A stretch of DNA of 64,000 nt, taken from NCBI GenBank assembly GCA_964016885.1, contig OZ024743.1, forward strand, positions 299,088,001 through 299,152,000, in the 5' to 3' direction. The DNA is from Eledone cirrhosa. Lineage: Eukaryota. The notes under the pieces were generated by a model. The model did not search any database, was not told the DNA's origin, and was given only the letters and a program-made list of their open reading frames with translations. A program made the position numbers and the translations under genes. This document shows positions 1 to 13,196 of the stretch, in pieces (positions within the stretch are counted from its first letter, which is position 1; each line of letters begins with the position of its first letter).

Positions 1-1088
1 TACATATTATATCTATATATATATATATATCAAGTCTATTCAAGTACGACGGGCGATTCGCGATTGATCAGCTCAATGTTCGATCTCTATTGGATGGGTC
101 TGACTCTAGAATCAAAAGCTCATCAGACTCACACACACACACACATACACACAAACACACACACACACACACACAGATACACACACGCACACACATAGAC
201 ACTCACACATACATATATATATAGATTTATAAATATACATATAATATAATTTATCATTTGAACGTATGTTTTTGTCTGCACATAAGTGTGTATATATCTG
301 GGTATCGTGATACAATTTTAATATACGCAACTAGATTGAGACATAATGCATGCATACACACATCCAACAATAGACGCACAACACATATGTATGTATGTTC
401 TTCTGGTTTTATAATTTCACAACATTTTTCCCAATAGAGAGAGAGTCGGTTTCTAACATAGACACAAGACTCTCTCATTGGAATTTACACATGTATGCAT
501 GTATGTATATATGTACGTCTGTGCGAATATAATCTAAATGGTTCTATGTATATATACATTATGCAATACACATACACACACATATATGTATATATATATA
601 TATATATACACACATACACTCTTATATATATATATTTATACATGCGTTACTTATATTTTAACTTTTTCTGCCCTAGGCGAAAAACCGCATTTTAAAGCCA
701 TATTTAGGCCCTTTTTGAGGCGTAATTTAAAGATAATCCAGTCGACTTCCTCGAAATTTGCAGTACATATTATTTAGTCCCCTCGCATTGCTGTGGACAA
801 AGAAAAATTTCCGATTCCATTAATGGTCTCTAGGAAATTTACGAATTCGCATTGGGCATTTCATGCCATTTTCATTTTCGATATAAACGTTACTTAAACA
901 TCGTAAGTAGCGTATAATATTTCGTTAAAAATTTGATTTATTTAACAGAGGACACAACATTGGAATCATATATGATTCCAGTTCCTCAATGAGATAACAA
1001 CACAACAAGGAGGTGAAAAAAAAGATGTATTGACAGAGAAAAACACATTTCAACAACATGTGTACCTGCCTCTCCCACACCAATTCGG

Positions 1089-1143
1089 ACTGCCTGAAGA
1101 GGTTACAGCCAATGATGGCTGTCACCGAAATGTATATAGCAGT
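1089..1143 (+). ncRNA. Type I hammerhead ribozyme (PLE-type)
   Basis: ACTGC-CTGAAGA-[ggttacagcc aatgat ggctgtcacc]-GAAA-TGTATA-TA-GCAGT: 5-bp stem I, long stem II, canonical core, near-palindromic stem III. Confidence 0.8.
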
Positions 1144-1409
1144 ATATCTATAATTTATAATAAACGAAGCCAAATTTTACATATTTGACTTAATTAATTT
1201 ACATTACTCCGGAGTAAACAAACCAACCTGTGTACTTCGTCGAGTGCTCCAATCTGTATACTGAGGTGTCGGAAAACAAACCAACATATACTCAATATAT
1301 ATATATATATACACATACACGCAACCTGGCGGACTGATATGTTTATAGGGTTTGCAGGAATAAAATAATTAAAGGAATGCATCCTGCCCAGCCTCCTGTC
1401 ATTTTACTT

Positions 1410-1440
<31 letters not shown>

Positions 1441-1445
<5 letters not shown>

Positions 1446-2527
1446 TTTCTGAATTTGTTTAGCAAGATTCTTTATCTGAAAACGTGTGTTGAAACCGATA
1501 TTGTTATACTTGGGAGGGTCATGTTGCCAATAAGAAACACACGCACCAGTTGCTAACACTTCAATTTATTATAATAAATTTATAAATTTAGGAATTTATA
1601 AATTTCCGGTTGGTTGGTTGGTTGGTTCCACAACCAGATGGTTGTTTATATATTGTCAAAGTTCTTTCGTCACACACATTCTGTGACCTCTTCGGTGACC
1701 TCTTCGGTGACTGGGGATTATTTTCTTTGTTTTTATGTTTGTGCCTCTCCTTTGTTCTGTCCTACGCCATCTTGTTTTTGTGTGTGTTGTGTGCTTAGTT
1801 TGCGTATGTGTTACATCCGGGTGCCTGTGTGTGTTTATATTTGTTTATTTATTTGTTTATTTACATGTTACTGGTTAGTTGTTTGTTCTATGTGCGTGTG
1901 TGTTTTCATTTTGTCCTTAATTGTAAGTTGTGATGTTGCTGTTCCATTCATGTTTTCTATTTAATTTTGGTCGGAGTTCATTTATGTTTATTGCCTCAGT
2001 GATTTGTCTAAACATTGCGTCTTTTCTGTGTGTAGATTCTATTTTTATTTCTGTTTTCTAATTTACCCTTATGTTCTATTTTAGAATGTTGGTAGAGTAC
2101 AGATGATTCTTTACTATCTTGAAGGTCTCGCCAGTGTTCATTTATCCGTTCCCCTATACTACGAGCTGTCTCACCTATGTACACTATATTCTTATCTCTA
2201 CATTATCCTTCAGTACATATTATTCTATATACTACATTTCTAGTTTTACAATTAATATGGGGGCTTAATTTAAAGATTATACATTTCTCATCTATAAGAT
2301 GGCGTAGGACAGAACAATGGAGAGGCACAAAAAAAAAAAAAGAATCCCCAGTCACTGAAGAGGTCACATAATGTGTGACGAAAGAACTTTGACATCTGGT
2401 TGTGGAACCAACCAACCAGAAATTTATAAATTCCTAAATTTATAAATTTATTATAATAAATTGAAGTGACAGCTTGTGGTGCGTGTGTTTCTTATTGGTA
2501 ACATGACCCTCCCAAAGTATAACAATA
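1441..2527 (-). mobile_element. Penelope-like element 3' fragment with inverted pLTR
   Basis: Minus-strand GIY-YIG remnant (KCIIFKLSPHINCKTRNVVYRIICTEG) matches the ORF at 34955-35620. About 1497-1780 is the inverted copy of about 2295-2527. Flanked by (TA)n. Confidence 0.8.
2351..2393 (+). ncRNA. Minimal hammerhead (GAAC stem III family)
   Basis: GTCA-CTGAAGA-G-GTCACA taatg TGTGAC-GAAA-GAAC-TT-TGAC. Inverted copy at about 1655-1711; homologs at 23632 and 34681. Confidence 0.7.
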
Positions 2528-2871
2528 TATATATATATTTATTTATTTATTTGAATATGGCAAAGCCGGTCATTTATCCCTCGTATACAGGAAACTGACT
2601 GGCCAGTCTGCTGATATGCAGATCTGACTGATCAGTCAGTCTGCTAATATGCTAATCAGGCCGATTAGTCACTGTGTATTTTTGAAAATATCATATATTT
2701 TCAGTAGTTCTGACAGTTTGGCAGGTGAACAGTGAGCTGTACTGATACCCAGAAACATTAGTGTCTGCAGTTCTGTTCACATGCCAACACAAGAGCAAGA
2801 ATGAAGTGTTCATTCTACTGACATGGCTATAAAATTGAGGCTTGTTAGCAAAATTGCAAACGAATCGAAGT

Positions 2872-3046
2872 CGATTGGCAATATCGGTAGAGAGTCGGAC
2901 GCTATGCTTTGCAGCAAAGTGTTACGGCTCTTTATGATCTGAGTTCAAATCCCGCCGAGGTTAACTTTGCCTTTCATCCTTACGGGGTCGATAAAATAAA
3001 GTACCACTAATGCCCTGGAATAATTGCTGGCCTTGAGGTAGAAACT
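2872..3046 (+). mobile_element. tRNA-derived SINE
   Basis: A-box-like tggcaatatcgg, B-box gagttcaaatcc, central gccgaggttaactttgcctttcatccttacggggtcgataaaataaagtac. Same family as 47814 and 48109. Confidence 0.85.
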
Positions 3047-3321
3047 CAAAATAGTCTCTTACAATAAAATAGCTCTAGGAATAGATTTTTCCGAACCGTA
3101 TATTATAATTGAATGTAAATATATTTTTAACGTAAACAAAAACTCACTGAACCAGGACATCTTAAATGAACTCAAAGAGATTTCCTCGAAACTTTCAATT
3201 TTGACCAACAAATTGGACCAAATACATATCTATAAAAAAGGACCCACGAAGAAAAGAAAATACTCAAGAGACGAATATTACTCAAACATTAACTAAACTA
3301 ATCGAAATCATTGAAACAGCA

Positions 3322-6300
3322 ATGCTCCAAAAGCTGGAACAACGATTAGAACCCAATCTACGAGATGTCCACTCAGTGAAAAACACCCTAATCAATATAT
3401 GGACTCAAAAGCTCACAGCCAGCAAATTCGCCTTTTGGAATCTCCTAAAAAGTAATCGCAAGGCAGACACATATGAAAAGTGGCTAAACTCTACCCCAAT
3501 CATCCTCCCCAAAAAACTCCAAATAAAACCCATCCCGAATAAACCAGAAAACCAACAAAGACTTAGGGAAAAGATGGCGTTAGAAAAATTTAAAATAGAA
3601 ATAGAACTGTTACGATTAAGAGCCAACTCCAACGAAGAAAAATTCAAGTCACTCGACCAACAGATGGACACAGAAATCTCAAGGCACTCTGAAGGCCTAC
3701 TCTATGAAAAAAACCTTAAAACTTTGGAAAGAAAACTGTGAGGATGAAGAACTAACATCCCTCTAGCGATGGGAAAAAACGTCACCTGGTTTAACAACTA
3801 CAAAATTGATTTCAAAAATGAACAACATACAGGTAACCCATTTTTAAATTAAACTAAAACTCACACACCACATGCACAACAAATAACAAAAAAAGTAACA
3901 AAACATGCACAACAAATAACAAAAACAGTAACAAAACGTCCAACATACCCCCGGCAAAACTATAACGATAATCCCAGAACCCATAGAGAAAACTATAACC
4001 CTACTAACAAAAACCTAAGATCCCCCAACACAAGACAGGACCCGATCCGCAGATCACAACCCACACAAAACCTATGCCCAAACCGTAGACTCCTGCCCAC
4101 ACAGAGCCTGTTCCAAAATCGTAGATCCCAACCCACACAAAGGAACAAAATCTACAACCCGGACTATCAACAAACCGAACCTCAATACGTCCGAAACTTC
4201 TATACAAGACCACACAACAACAGGGGAAATGCCATTAGATATAATAATACCATTGAAAAAACATTCCAGAAAAATCATTTTTTAGTCCAATTCTACAGGA
4301 CCCACGACATCCGGTGGTACAAACCGATTTGGAAAAACCGAAAATAATCAACTTTCAAATACAAACCTCTCAGCCCAACAAGTAAAAATTCGCTCCAAAG
4401 GACTGAAATTCACACCAACACCACAATACTCTAACCTCAATGAGATAAATGACGATATCTGTAGAAAATTACGTCTCACAGAGGAATTCTTTGACAAGGA
4501 GAATAACAACCAATCAATTGTACAGAATAAAAGCAGCTACAACCCAACAAAAGGTAGAAACAGGGTTCTGGACAAATTTTGTGACCACATAGCTACTTTC
4601 CCATACCATGAACTACCGCAACCTAAACCCAAACCCAACACGAGTCGAAGGGAATGGGAGATTATCCATGAACTAAAAAACAATACGGACATTATAATTA
4701 AGGAAGCGGACAAGGGAAGTACTGTTGTCATTATGGATGCTGAAAAATATAAAAATTCTATGTTCTCTCTCTTACAAAATACTAATTACTATGAAATAGT
4801 AAAAAACTACCAGCAATCAAAACCAATGACCAGATTAAACACACTGATTTGTCGATGCCAAGAAGACTTAAGTAAAAAGGAAGGCGATTATTTAACACAT
4901 TTTGAATACAAAACCAGCAACCGTTACGGACCTCCGAAGATCCACAAGTGTAAAATAATTAACGATGCCTGCAAACAATCCACCTCCGCCTGCGTGAACA
5001 CACAATACCTCACAGACCTTAAATTAAGACCGATTGTAGCGGGCCCACAATGTGAAACACACAGACTGAACCACTTTATGGACATAGTACTAAAATAAAT
5101 TCTCAAACACATACCAAGCCTTGTAAGAGACGATCTGAATCTCTTAAACCACCTCCCCAAATATGTCAACAACGACACTATTATTGTGTCTTTCGATGTA
5201 GTGAATCTCTACACAACGATCCCACACCAATACGGACTAGAAGCAATAGGATTCTGGCTAGAGAAATATCCCAATGAGATACCTGGCAGAATAGAAAAAA
5301 GCTTCATCACCGAGGGATTAAAATCTATCTTACAGAACAACTTTTTGATTTCGATGCCAGTACTTACAAGCAAATATCGGGGACTGTGGGGGGTACAAAA
5401 GCCGCTCCAACTTATGCCAACTTAGTCATGGCATACTTAGAATTCCAGATATATTAACGGTCCAAATCAAAATACGGATTGAACTTCCACAAATATTTAT
5501 CAGAGAATTGGAAACGCTACTTGGATGACTGTCTCATGCTTTGGTCCCTCACACTCGACCAACTGAATGATTTCAAAAATTAATAAACGGCATCAATAAC
5601 CACACCCAATTCACAATGGAATACAGCCAAGATCAACTCCCATTTCTGGACATCTTAATCTTTAAAAAAGACACAAATATTGAAACTGACATACACTACA
5701 AACCAACAGATTCCAAACAATACCTGCTATTCACCTCCAACCATCCAAAGCACACGAAGACGAACATTCCTTTTAACCTAGCAAGAAGAATTTGCACAAT
5801 TGTCTCCAATTATGAAACGCGAAATAAAAGACTTCAAGAATTAAAGGAAATTCTACTCGAAAGAGAGTACCCACCATTACTAATAAATAATGGAATAGAA
5901 AGGGCTAAAGCAATAGGCATTGATGAATTACGAAAACAGAAACAAATTCATGGTACGTCCAATATTCTATCATATATCTCAATACACAACCCAAGAAATG
6001 CGGATGCTTACAACACTATTCACAAGAACATCCCACTACTGAAACAAGACCCAAGAATGAAAAAAGCCCTTGAAACACACAAAATAATCAAAAGCAAAAG
6101 ACAACTGAAATCACTGAAAACATTACTCAACAATGCCAATTTACCTACCACAAACTCGCAACCAAGTGTCAAAAAATGTGGTCGCCCTAATTGTGGAACC
6201 TGCACTCCCCTCATTGAAGGCAACACGTATACATTTAAATCAGGACAAATTTTTGCTGTAAAAAATCACTTCACTTGCTCATCAAAAATCTACTTTATGC

Positions 6301-6571
6301 CATTAAATGTAAAGGATGCAATGAAGATTATATAGGACAAACTAAACTCACACTCAGAAACAGAATGACAGTTCATCGCCAACAATTACGAGATCCAGCC
6401 ACGAGACAGATACCACTAAGCGCACATCTAGACATATGCGCAAGTAATAAGACACCCAAATTCCAAGTCTTCACATTTTACCTTTGCGCTGACAATACAA
6501 CAGAACAAATACGAATAAATAAGGAAAATATGTTTATTCAAACATATAGATCAGCATTAAATATCGTGTAA
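3322..6571 (+). pseudogene. PLE reverse transcriptase-GIY-YIG endonuclease polyprotein (frameshifted)
   Basis: IIKEADKG, PKIHK...LRPIV, SFDVVNLYT, RYLDDC (about 5515-5532), YKPTDSKQYL..SNHPKH, CGRPNCGTC, LLYAIKC..YIGQT..LRNR. Several stops and frameshifts. Confidence 0.9.
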
Positions 6572-7127
6572 TATACATTATGTCAACACCATAACATGCT
6601 AACCATCCAAAGAGACACATACACACACATATAACACATTCTACTTTAGAAAATAAAAACCCGAACTAAATAAACCTTAACATACGTTTGCGCAACAGAA
6701 CAAATACGAATAAGTAAGGAAAATATGTTCATTCAAAAATATTCCTACTAACGGAATCATTTTCCTACACACACACACACTCACACACACACACAATATA
6801 TATTCTCTTCATCTTAACATGATAACCATACTCACACACACACATAACCTCCCTCCACACACACAGAACTCCCTCCCCCATTTCTAATAATAGAATCACC
6901 TTCCTACACACATATACACACGCACAAAATATATATATTCTCTCCATCTTAACATACTCCCCCCCACACACACAACACCCATATACACACACACACGCAA
7001 CTCCCCCCCATTTCTACTAATAGAATCATCTTCCTATACACACACAAGCACACAAATAAACATACATATCTCTACTTTCTTTATTTGAATAGAAAATCTG
7101 AATTCTGACACCCCAGCGAACCAACCA

Positions 7128-7825
7128 TATTCACTGAAACAGAACAATTCTCCCATCCCATTTCTCTTGACCATTATCTTTTGCTTGTCATAAAATTCTC
7201 TAAAAGGCTACAAAATAAATTCCCAAATACGGGCACGAAATTTAATGAACTTGTTCGCGTGACAGTCATAATTTCATTTATAACCAATCAAATTATATTT
7301 ATAAAAAAAAAGCCTTTGCGAGCCACTTTTTTTAAAGTAAAAAGAAATTCAAACAAACTTACACGAAAGCTGATATACTTATTCATGTGACTACATCACC
7401 CAACCGAACTTCACTCATGTATGAAAAAACAACCTGCTATATTCACTGAACCAGACAATTCTCCCATCCCAATTCTCTTGACCATTATCTTTTGTTTGTC
7501 ATAAAATTCTCTAAAAGGCTACAAAATAAATTCCCAAATTCCGGCGCGAAATGTAATGAATTTGTTCACGTGACAGCTATAATTTCAATTATAGCCAATC
7601 AAATTACATTTGTTAAAAAAAAAAAGCCTTCGTGAGGCCCGTTTTTTTAAGTAAAAATAAATTTAAACACTCATATATGAAAAAACAACCTGAGCCCCCC
7701 CCCCTTTTTTTGAAGAACTTTGTAACGCGAACTGGCGTGAAATTTATTGTATTTATTGACCAACCGATCAAATTACTTCTGTAAAAACCTGGTGTTTCGA
7801 GCCACTTTTTTCCATATAAAACAAG
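7128..7825 (+). promoter_or_regulatory. Tandemly repeated putative pLTR promoter module (E2F-like / E-box / CCAAT / TATA)
   Basis: About 311-bp tandem duplication (7128 and 7440) plus a partial third module. GGCGCGAAA 7543, CACGTGAC 7567, CCAATCA 7595, TATAAAA 7815. Confidence 0.5.
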
Positions 7826-7883
7826 TAACATTCAAAGACCAACCAGATGTGAGAAAAACCACCGACCCTCCATCTCACCTCTA

Positions 7884-7919
7884 CTTTTGAAAAGCAGAAG
7901 AACTGCGAAACCGGTAAAG
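7884..7919 (+). ncRNA. Minimal hammerhead, U3-A8 core variant
   Basis: CTT-TTGAAAA-GCAG aagaa CTGC-GAAA-CCGG-TA-AAG. Homolog at 18297-18333. Confidence 0.7.
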
Positions 7920-8050
7920 GAACCAAATAAATATATATATATTTTATAAAATAAGACTCGAGTTGCATTTTCGATTTCATCTTTTTTTCTTTATACTTTC
8001 ACGCGTGTAGGACACCTCGGTTATTTTTCATTTTGTAAAAAAAAACTCAC

Positions 8051-8465
<415 letters not shown>

Positions 8466-8589
8466 ACGAAGTACACACACACGCGCACACACTCACACAA
8501 ACGCGCGCCTGCGCATATATATATATAGAGAGAGAGAGGGAAGTGGTTACACAACAGTTAGTTCACCATACCGAGAACAATTGTTATAT

Positions 8590-8644
<55 letters not shown>

Positions 8645-8661
8645 AATATATATATATATAA

Positions 8662-8719
<58 letters not shown>

Positions 8720-9129
8720 ATATATATATATAAATATATATATAAATTAGGACATTACATATATATATATATATATATATGTAATATCCTAATTTTGTTT
8801 ACTATCATACTTATACATAAATCGTTCGAACAGGATATTGATTTACTTCATATTGCAATAACAGTCTGGTCGGTTACCATTTATTTATCTATTTATTTAT
8901 TTATCCTCCTTATATGATGTATTACAAGTAAGTTGAGATTGCGGTTGCTGTGGGCTGTGTTGCTGTCAGTCAGTGTACCAGTGAGAAAGGAAGAAATAAT
9001 ACCAAACACACACACAGACACATATACATATATATATGTATGTGTGTGTGCTTGTGTGCGTGTATGTGTATATATATATATATAAACAATATATATATAC
9101 ATACACATACTCGCACACAACCACACATA

Positions 9130-9561
<432 letters not shown>

Positions 9562-9686
9562 TGGAACAACGGCTATTGGAAAGTTTGGAAAAATTAAGTT
9601 AGGAGAGGAGGATAAGCATGTAGTCCTGTCTGTGTGTGTGGGGGGGGGGGGGGTAAATTTTGAGTGACCAAGTGCATCATGGGTGC

Positions 9687-9763
<77 letters not shown>

Positions 9764-10036
9764 CCATGGCTGGAGTGGTGGTGTGGGTGGGAGGGTGTTA
9801 GATCATGGATGCGCTACACAGTGAAAATTCGCTTCGGCCATGCTTAGTAGAAATGTATACGAGTTTTAGGTACAATAAAAATAATAATTCCATGTTATGC
9901 AAGAGGAAGAGAGAGCAAGTTTTAAATACAATAATAACTGAGTCTCACTCTTTATCTATCTCTGTCTGTCCCTCCCTCTCTCTCTATATATATATTTATA
10001 TATATATATATACACACTCACACATATCTATATCGA

Positions 10037-10110
<74 letters not shown>

Positions 10111-10112
<2 letters not shown>

Positions 10113-12130
10113 TCACATGTCTGCCCGTAATGTGGAAACTGTTGACGAGCATTGTGTCTGAGGAAATCTACCATCACCTCCACACAAACAACTTGTTACC
10201 GGACGAACAGAAAGGATGCCGAAAGAAGTCACGTGGTACAAAGGACCGGTTGCTTATTGATGAGATGGTAATGGGGAATTGCAGGAGGAGACACACTGAT
10301 CTTGCCATGGGATGGATAGACTACAGAAAGGCATTTGACATGGTGCCTCATTCCTGGATCACCAAAAGCCTGGAGATCTTCAGGGTGGCAGATAACATCA
10401 GACAGTTGCTAGGCAGGAGTATGGGGTCCTGGGAGACAGAGTTGACATCAACTGGAGTATCCTTGGGAAGCGTGAAGATCAAGAGAGGTATCTTCCAGGG
10501 AGATAGCCTGTCCCCTCTGTTGTTTGTCCTTGCCCTGATGCCCTTGACCATTATGCTGCGAAAAGTGAGAGCAGGATACAAGTTGGGAAGGGGAGAGCTT
10601 ACCATCAATCACCTCCTCTTCATGGACGATCTTAAGCTCTTCGGGAAAAGTGAGAAGGAGTTGGATGTGCTTGTTGACACTGTCCGTATTTTCAGCAGTG
10701 ATATATGTATGCAGTTTGGTATTGGTAAATGTGGAGTCATTGTGATGAAGAGGGGTAGGTTGAGCAGAAGTAACGGGATCCAGATACCAACAGGTGAGAT
10801 GATAAAGGAAATTGACTCTGAGGAAGGATACAAGTATTTGGGCGTTCTGGAGGCTGATGGCATAAAGAACAAAAAAATGAAGGAATTGTTAAGAACTGAA
10901 TACATTCGGAGAGTAAGGAGCGTATTGAAGTCACATCTGAACAGCAGAAATGCCATAAGCGCAGTGAATTTCCGAGCTGTGTCTATTATTAGGTACAGTG
11001 CGGGAATTCTGAGATGGAATGTTGCTGAACAGAAAGAAATGGATAGGAAGACTAGGAAGCTATTGACTATCTACAACATGTTCCACAAGAGGAGTGATGT
11101 CGATAGACTCTACCTAAGGAGATCTGAGGGTGGAAGAGGTCTTATCAGCATAGAGGACTGTGTTCAGATGGAGAAAAACAACCTATACAAATACGTGACC
11201 TATAGTAAGGAGCCAATGCTCAGAACTGTACTGAAGGAGGGGACAGTAGGCCAGGGGATGTCCAGGGAGGAAATAAGATCAAGGAGGAAGAGCAGCCTTC
11301 ATAGTACCTTCTTTGAGAAAACTGAATTTAGAGATCCACAGACATGGAACTGGTTGAGAAGAGGAGACCTCAAAAAGGCTACAGAAGGAATGCTAATGGC
11401 TGCGCAGGAGCAGGCCCTCAAAACGAAGTGGTTGAAGCACCATATCTACAAGGAGGAGGCTAGCCCACTGTGCAGGATCTGTGGAGAGAGAGAGGAGACT
11501 GTGGCTCACATTGTGTCCGAGTGTAAACACCTAGCCCAGACCCACTATAAGGGCTGGAGACACGATGTGATGGGCAGGGTGATCCACTGGCACCTGTGCA
11601 AAGTAAACAATCTACCACATTCTGAGAAATGGTATGAGCATAGGCCAGAGGCGGTGATGGAGAACAATCAGGTGAAGGTGCTGTGGGATTTTAGGATACA
11701 GACGGACAAAAAACTGGAACACAATAGACCTGACCTGGTGGTTGTGGACAAAGAAAAAAAGATCGTGCCTGATTGTGGATGTGGCCTGCCCGTTCGACAC
11801 GAGAGTGCAAGAGAAGGAGAGGGAGAAAATTAACCGATACCAGGACCTAAAGTGGGAGGTGAAAAGGATTTGGAACTGCCATGAAGTCAAAGTGATCCCG
11901 ATTGTCATAGGCGCACTGGGGACTATCTCCAAAAGTTTCCAGGGATGGTTAAAGAAAATCGGCCCCTTCACGCTTTTTGGAACGCTTCAAAAGACATGCT
12001 TGCTTGGGACAGCAAGAACCCTCCGATACGTCCTGAATATCTGAGGCTGCAGGTAGTGGCTTGATATTCAATCCAACGGACTTTCCAGTTAACCAACATC
12101 AATGACTGAGATTCAAGGAATAACAATAAC

Positions 12131-12160
<30 letters not shown>
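10111..12160 (+). mobile_element. R4/Dong-clade non-LTR retrotransposon, 5'-truncated, inserted in (TAA)n
   Basis: (TAA)n at 10046-10110 and 12119-12160. Encodes RT plus a CCHC knuckle and a restriction-like endonuclease. Confidence 0.9.
10130..12044 (+). pseudogene. RT + CCHC + restriction-like endonuclease ORF (one frameshift at about 11760)
   Basis: [92 protein letters not shown]. Confidence 0.92.
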
Positions 12161-12161
<1 letters not shown>

Positions 12162-12200
12162 GTGATAAATAGAAAATATATCACTATAGTATCATAACTT

Positions 12201-12258
12201 ATTTCGTTATATATATTTCAAGGATACTAATTTATAGTATGCTCCCTTCAGAGATAAT
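12201..12258 (-). ncRNA. Degenerate hammerhead (TATATA family)
   Basis: Minus strand: CTGAAGG-gagcatacta..tagtatcctt-GAAA-TATATA-TA-acgaaat. Homologous to 32669 and 45637. Confidence 0.5.
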
Positions 12259-12318
12259 AGAAACCTCGTTCCTACTCTTTAATATATATATATATATATA
12301 TATATATGAATAAAGTTA

Positions 12319-12420
12319 GTCCTTCATCAGTGATCTTCCAACCATCATTGGTATTTCATCGCTTTAAAGACCATATACCTCCGGTTGGTGCGACCAACGG
12401 CTACAAAAAGTCGTTGGGAC
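12319..12420 (-). ncRNA. Candidate non-circularly permuted hammerhead ribozyme (best-paired copy)
   Basis: gtccc-aacgac..gccgtt-g-gtcgc-a-ccaacc-gga-GGTAT-A-tggtctt-taaa-gcgat-GAAA-TACC-aatgat-ggttgg-aagatca-CTGATGA-aggac. See findings. Confidence 0.6.
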
Positions 12421-13047
12421 ACGAAAATAAAGGGGACACGAGAGTGTAAACAAACAAAGATGGTGAAGCAACGAAAAATGAGGAAGAAGGAATCAATGGT
12501 TGGAAGATCACTGATGAAGGACTAACTTTATTCATATGTAACCATTTAGCAACCACGCAGCACGTTTATTCTCATATTTACACATATTCTTTCCCCGCTG
12601 TGACCCGTCTATTTCGTTCTTACTGCTTCCTCTTTCTCTGTATCTTTACCCTCTCTAACAGTCACTCTCTCTGTTAGCCTCTTCCTCACCCTTCACTCTC
12701 TGTTACTACTTCTCCTCCACCTCCTTCTTCCCGTTTGACCTGTGCGTAATTCTTTTCTTTCGCACCCTTGGTCAGGCAGATCGCTTTTTTTCTCTCTCTC
12801 GTCTACGATTTCACAGAACTTACGTTCACCGAATTCACAGACTAGATCCCTTCTTCTTCCCGTTAGACCTGTACGGAATTCCTTCCTTGCTCACATTCCA
12901 ACCAGGTTTGATGGTCTTTATTCTTTCTCGTTCACTATTTCACCGAATTTATATTCATGGAAATTTGGGACTTGACTCCTTCTTCCTCACTTTTCATTGC
13001 TTCACCATCTTTGTTTGTTTACACTCTCGTGTCCCCTTTATTTACGT

Positions 13048-13149
13048 GTCCCAACGACTTTTTTCAGCTGTTGCTCGCACCAACCGGAGGTATATGGTCT
13101 TTAAAGCGATGAAACATCAATCATGGTTTGAAGATCACTGATGAAGGAC
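13048..13149 (+). ncRNA. Candidate non-circularly permuted hammerhead ribozyme (second copy)
   Basis: Same layout as 12319-12420 with one stem III mismatch. Predicted cleavage after A13094. Confidence 0.55.
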
Positions 13150-13196
13150 TAACTTTATTCATATGTAACCCATTAGCAACCACGCAGCACGTTTAT

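Noticed and set aside
31-130. Minus-strand gagtCTGATGA motif, similar to about 13283-13310
   Set aside because: Probably another repeat family, but no convincing GAAA, stem III or stem I could be assembled.
1476-1505. ctgaaaacgtgtgttgaaaccgata (also 23201, 23829-23853) and upstream CCGAAGA as a hammerhead
   Set aside because: The core and NUH do not fit; the family's better HHR is at 2351/23632.
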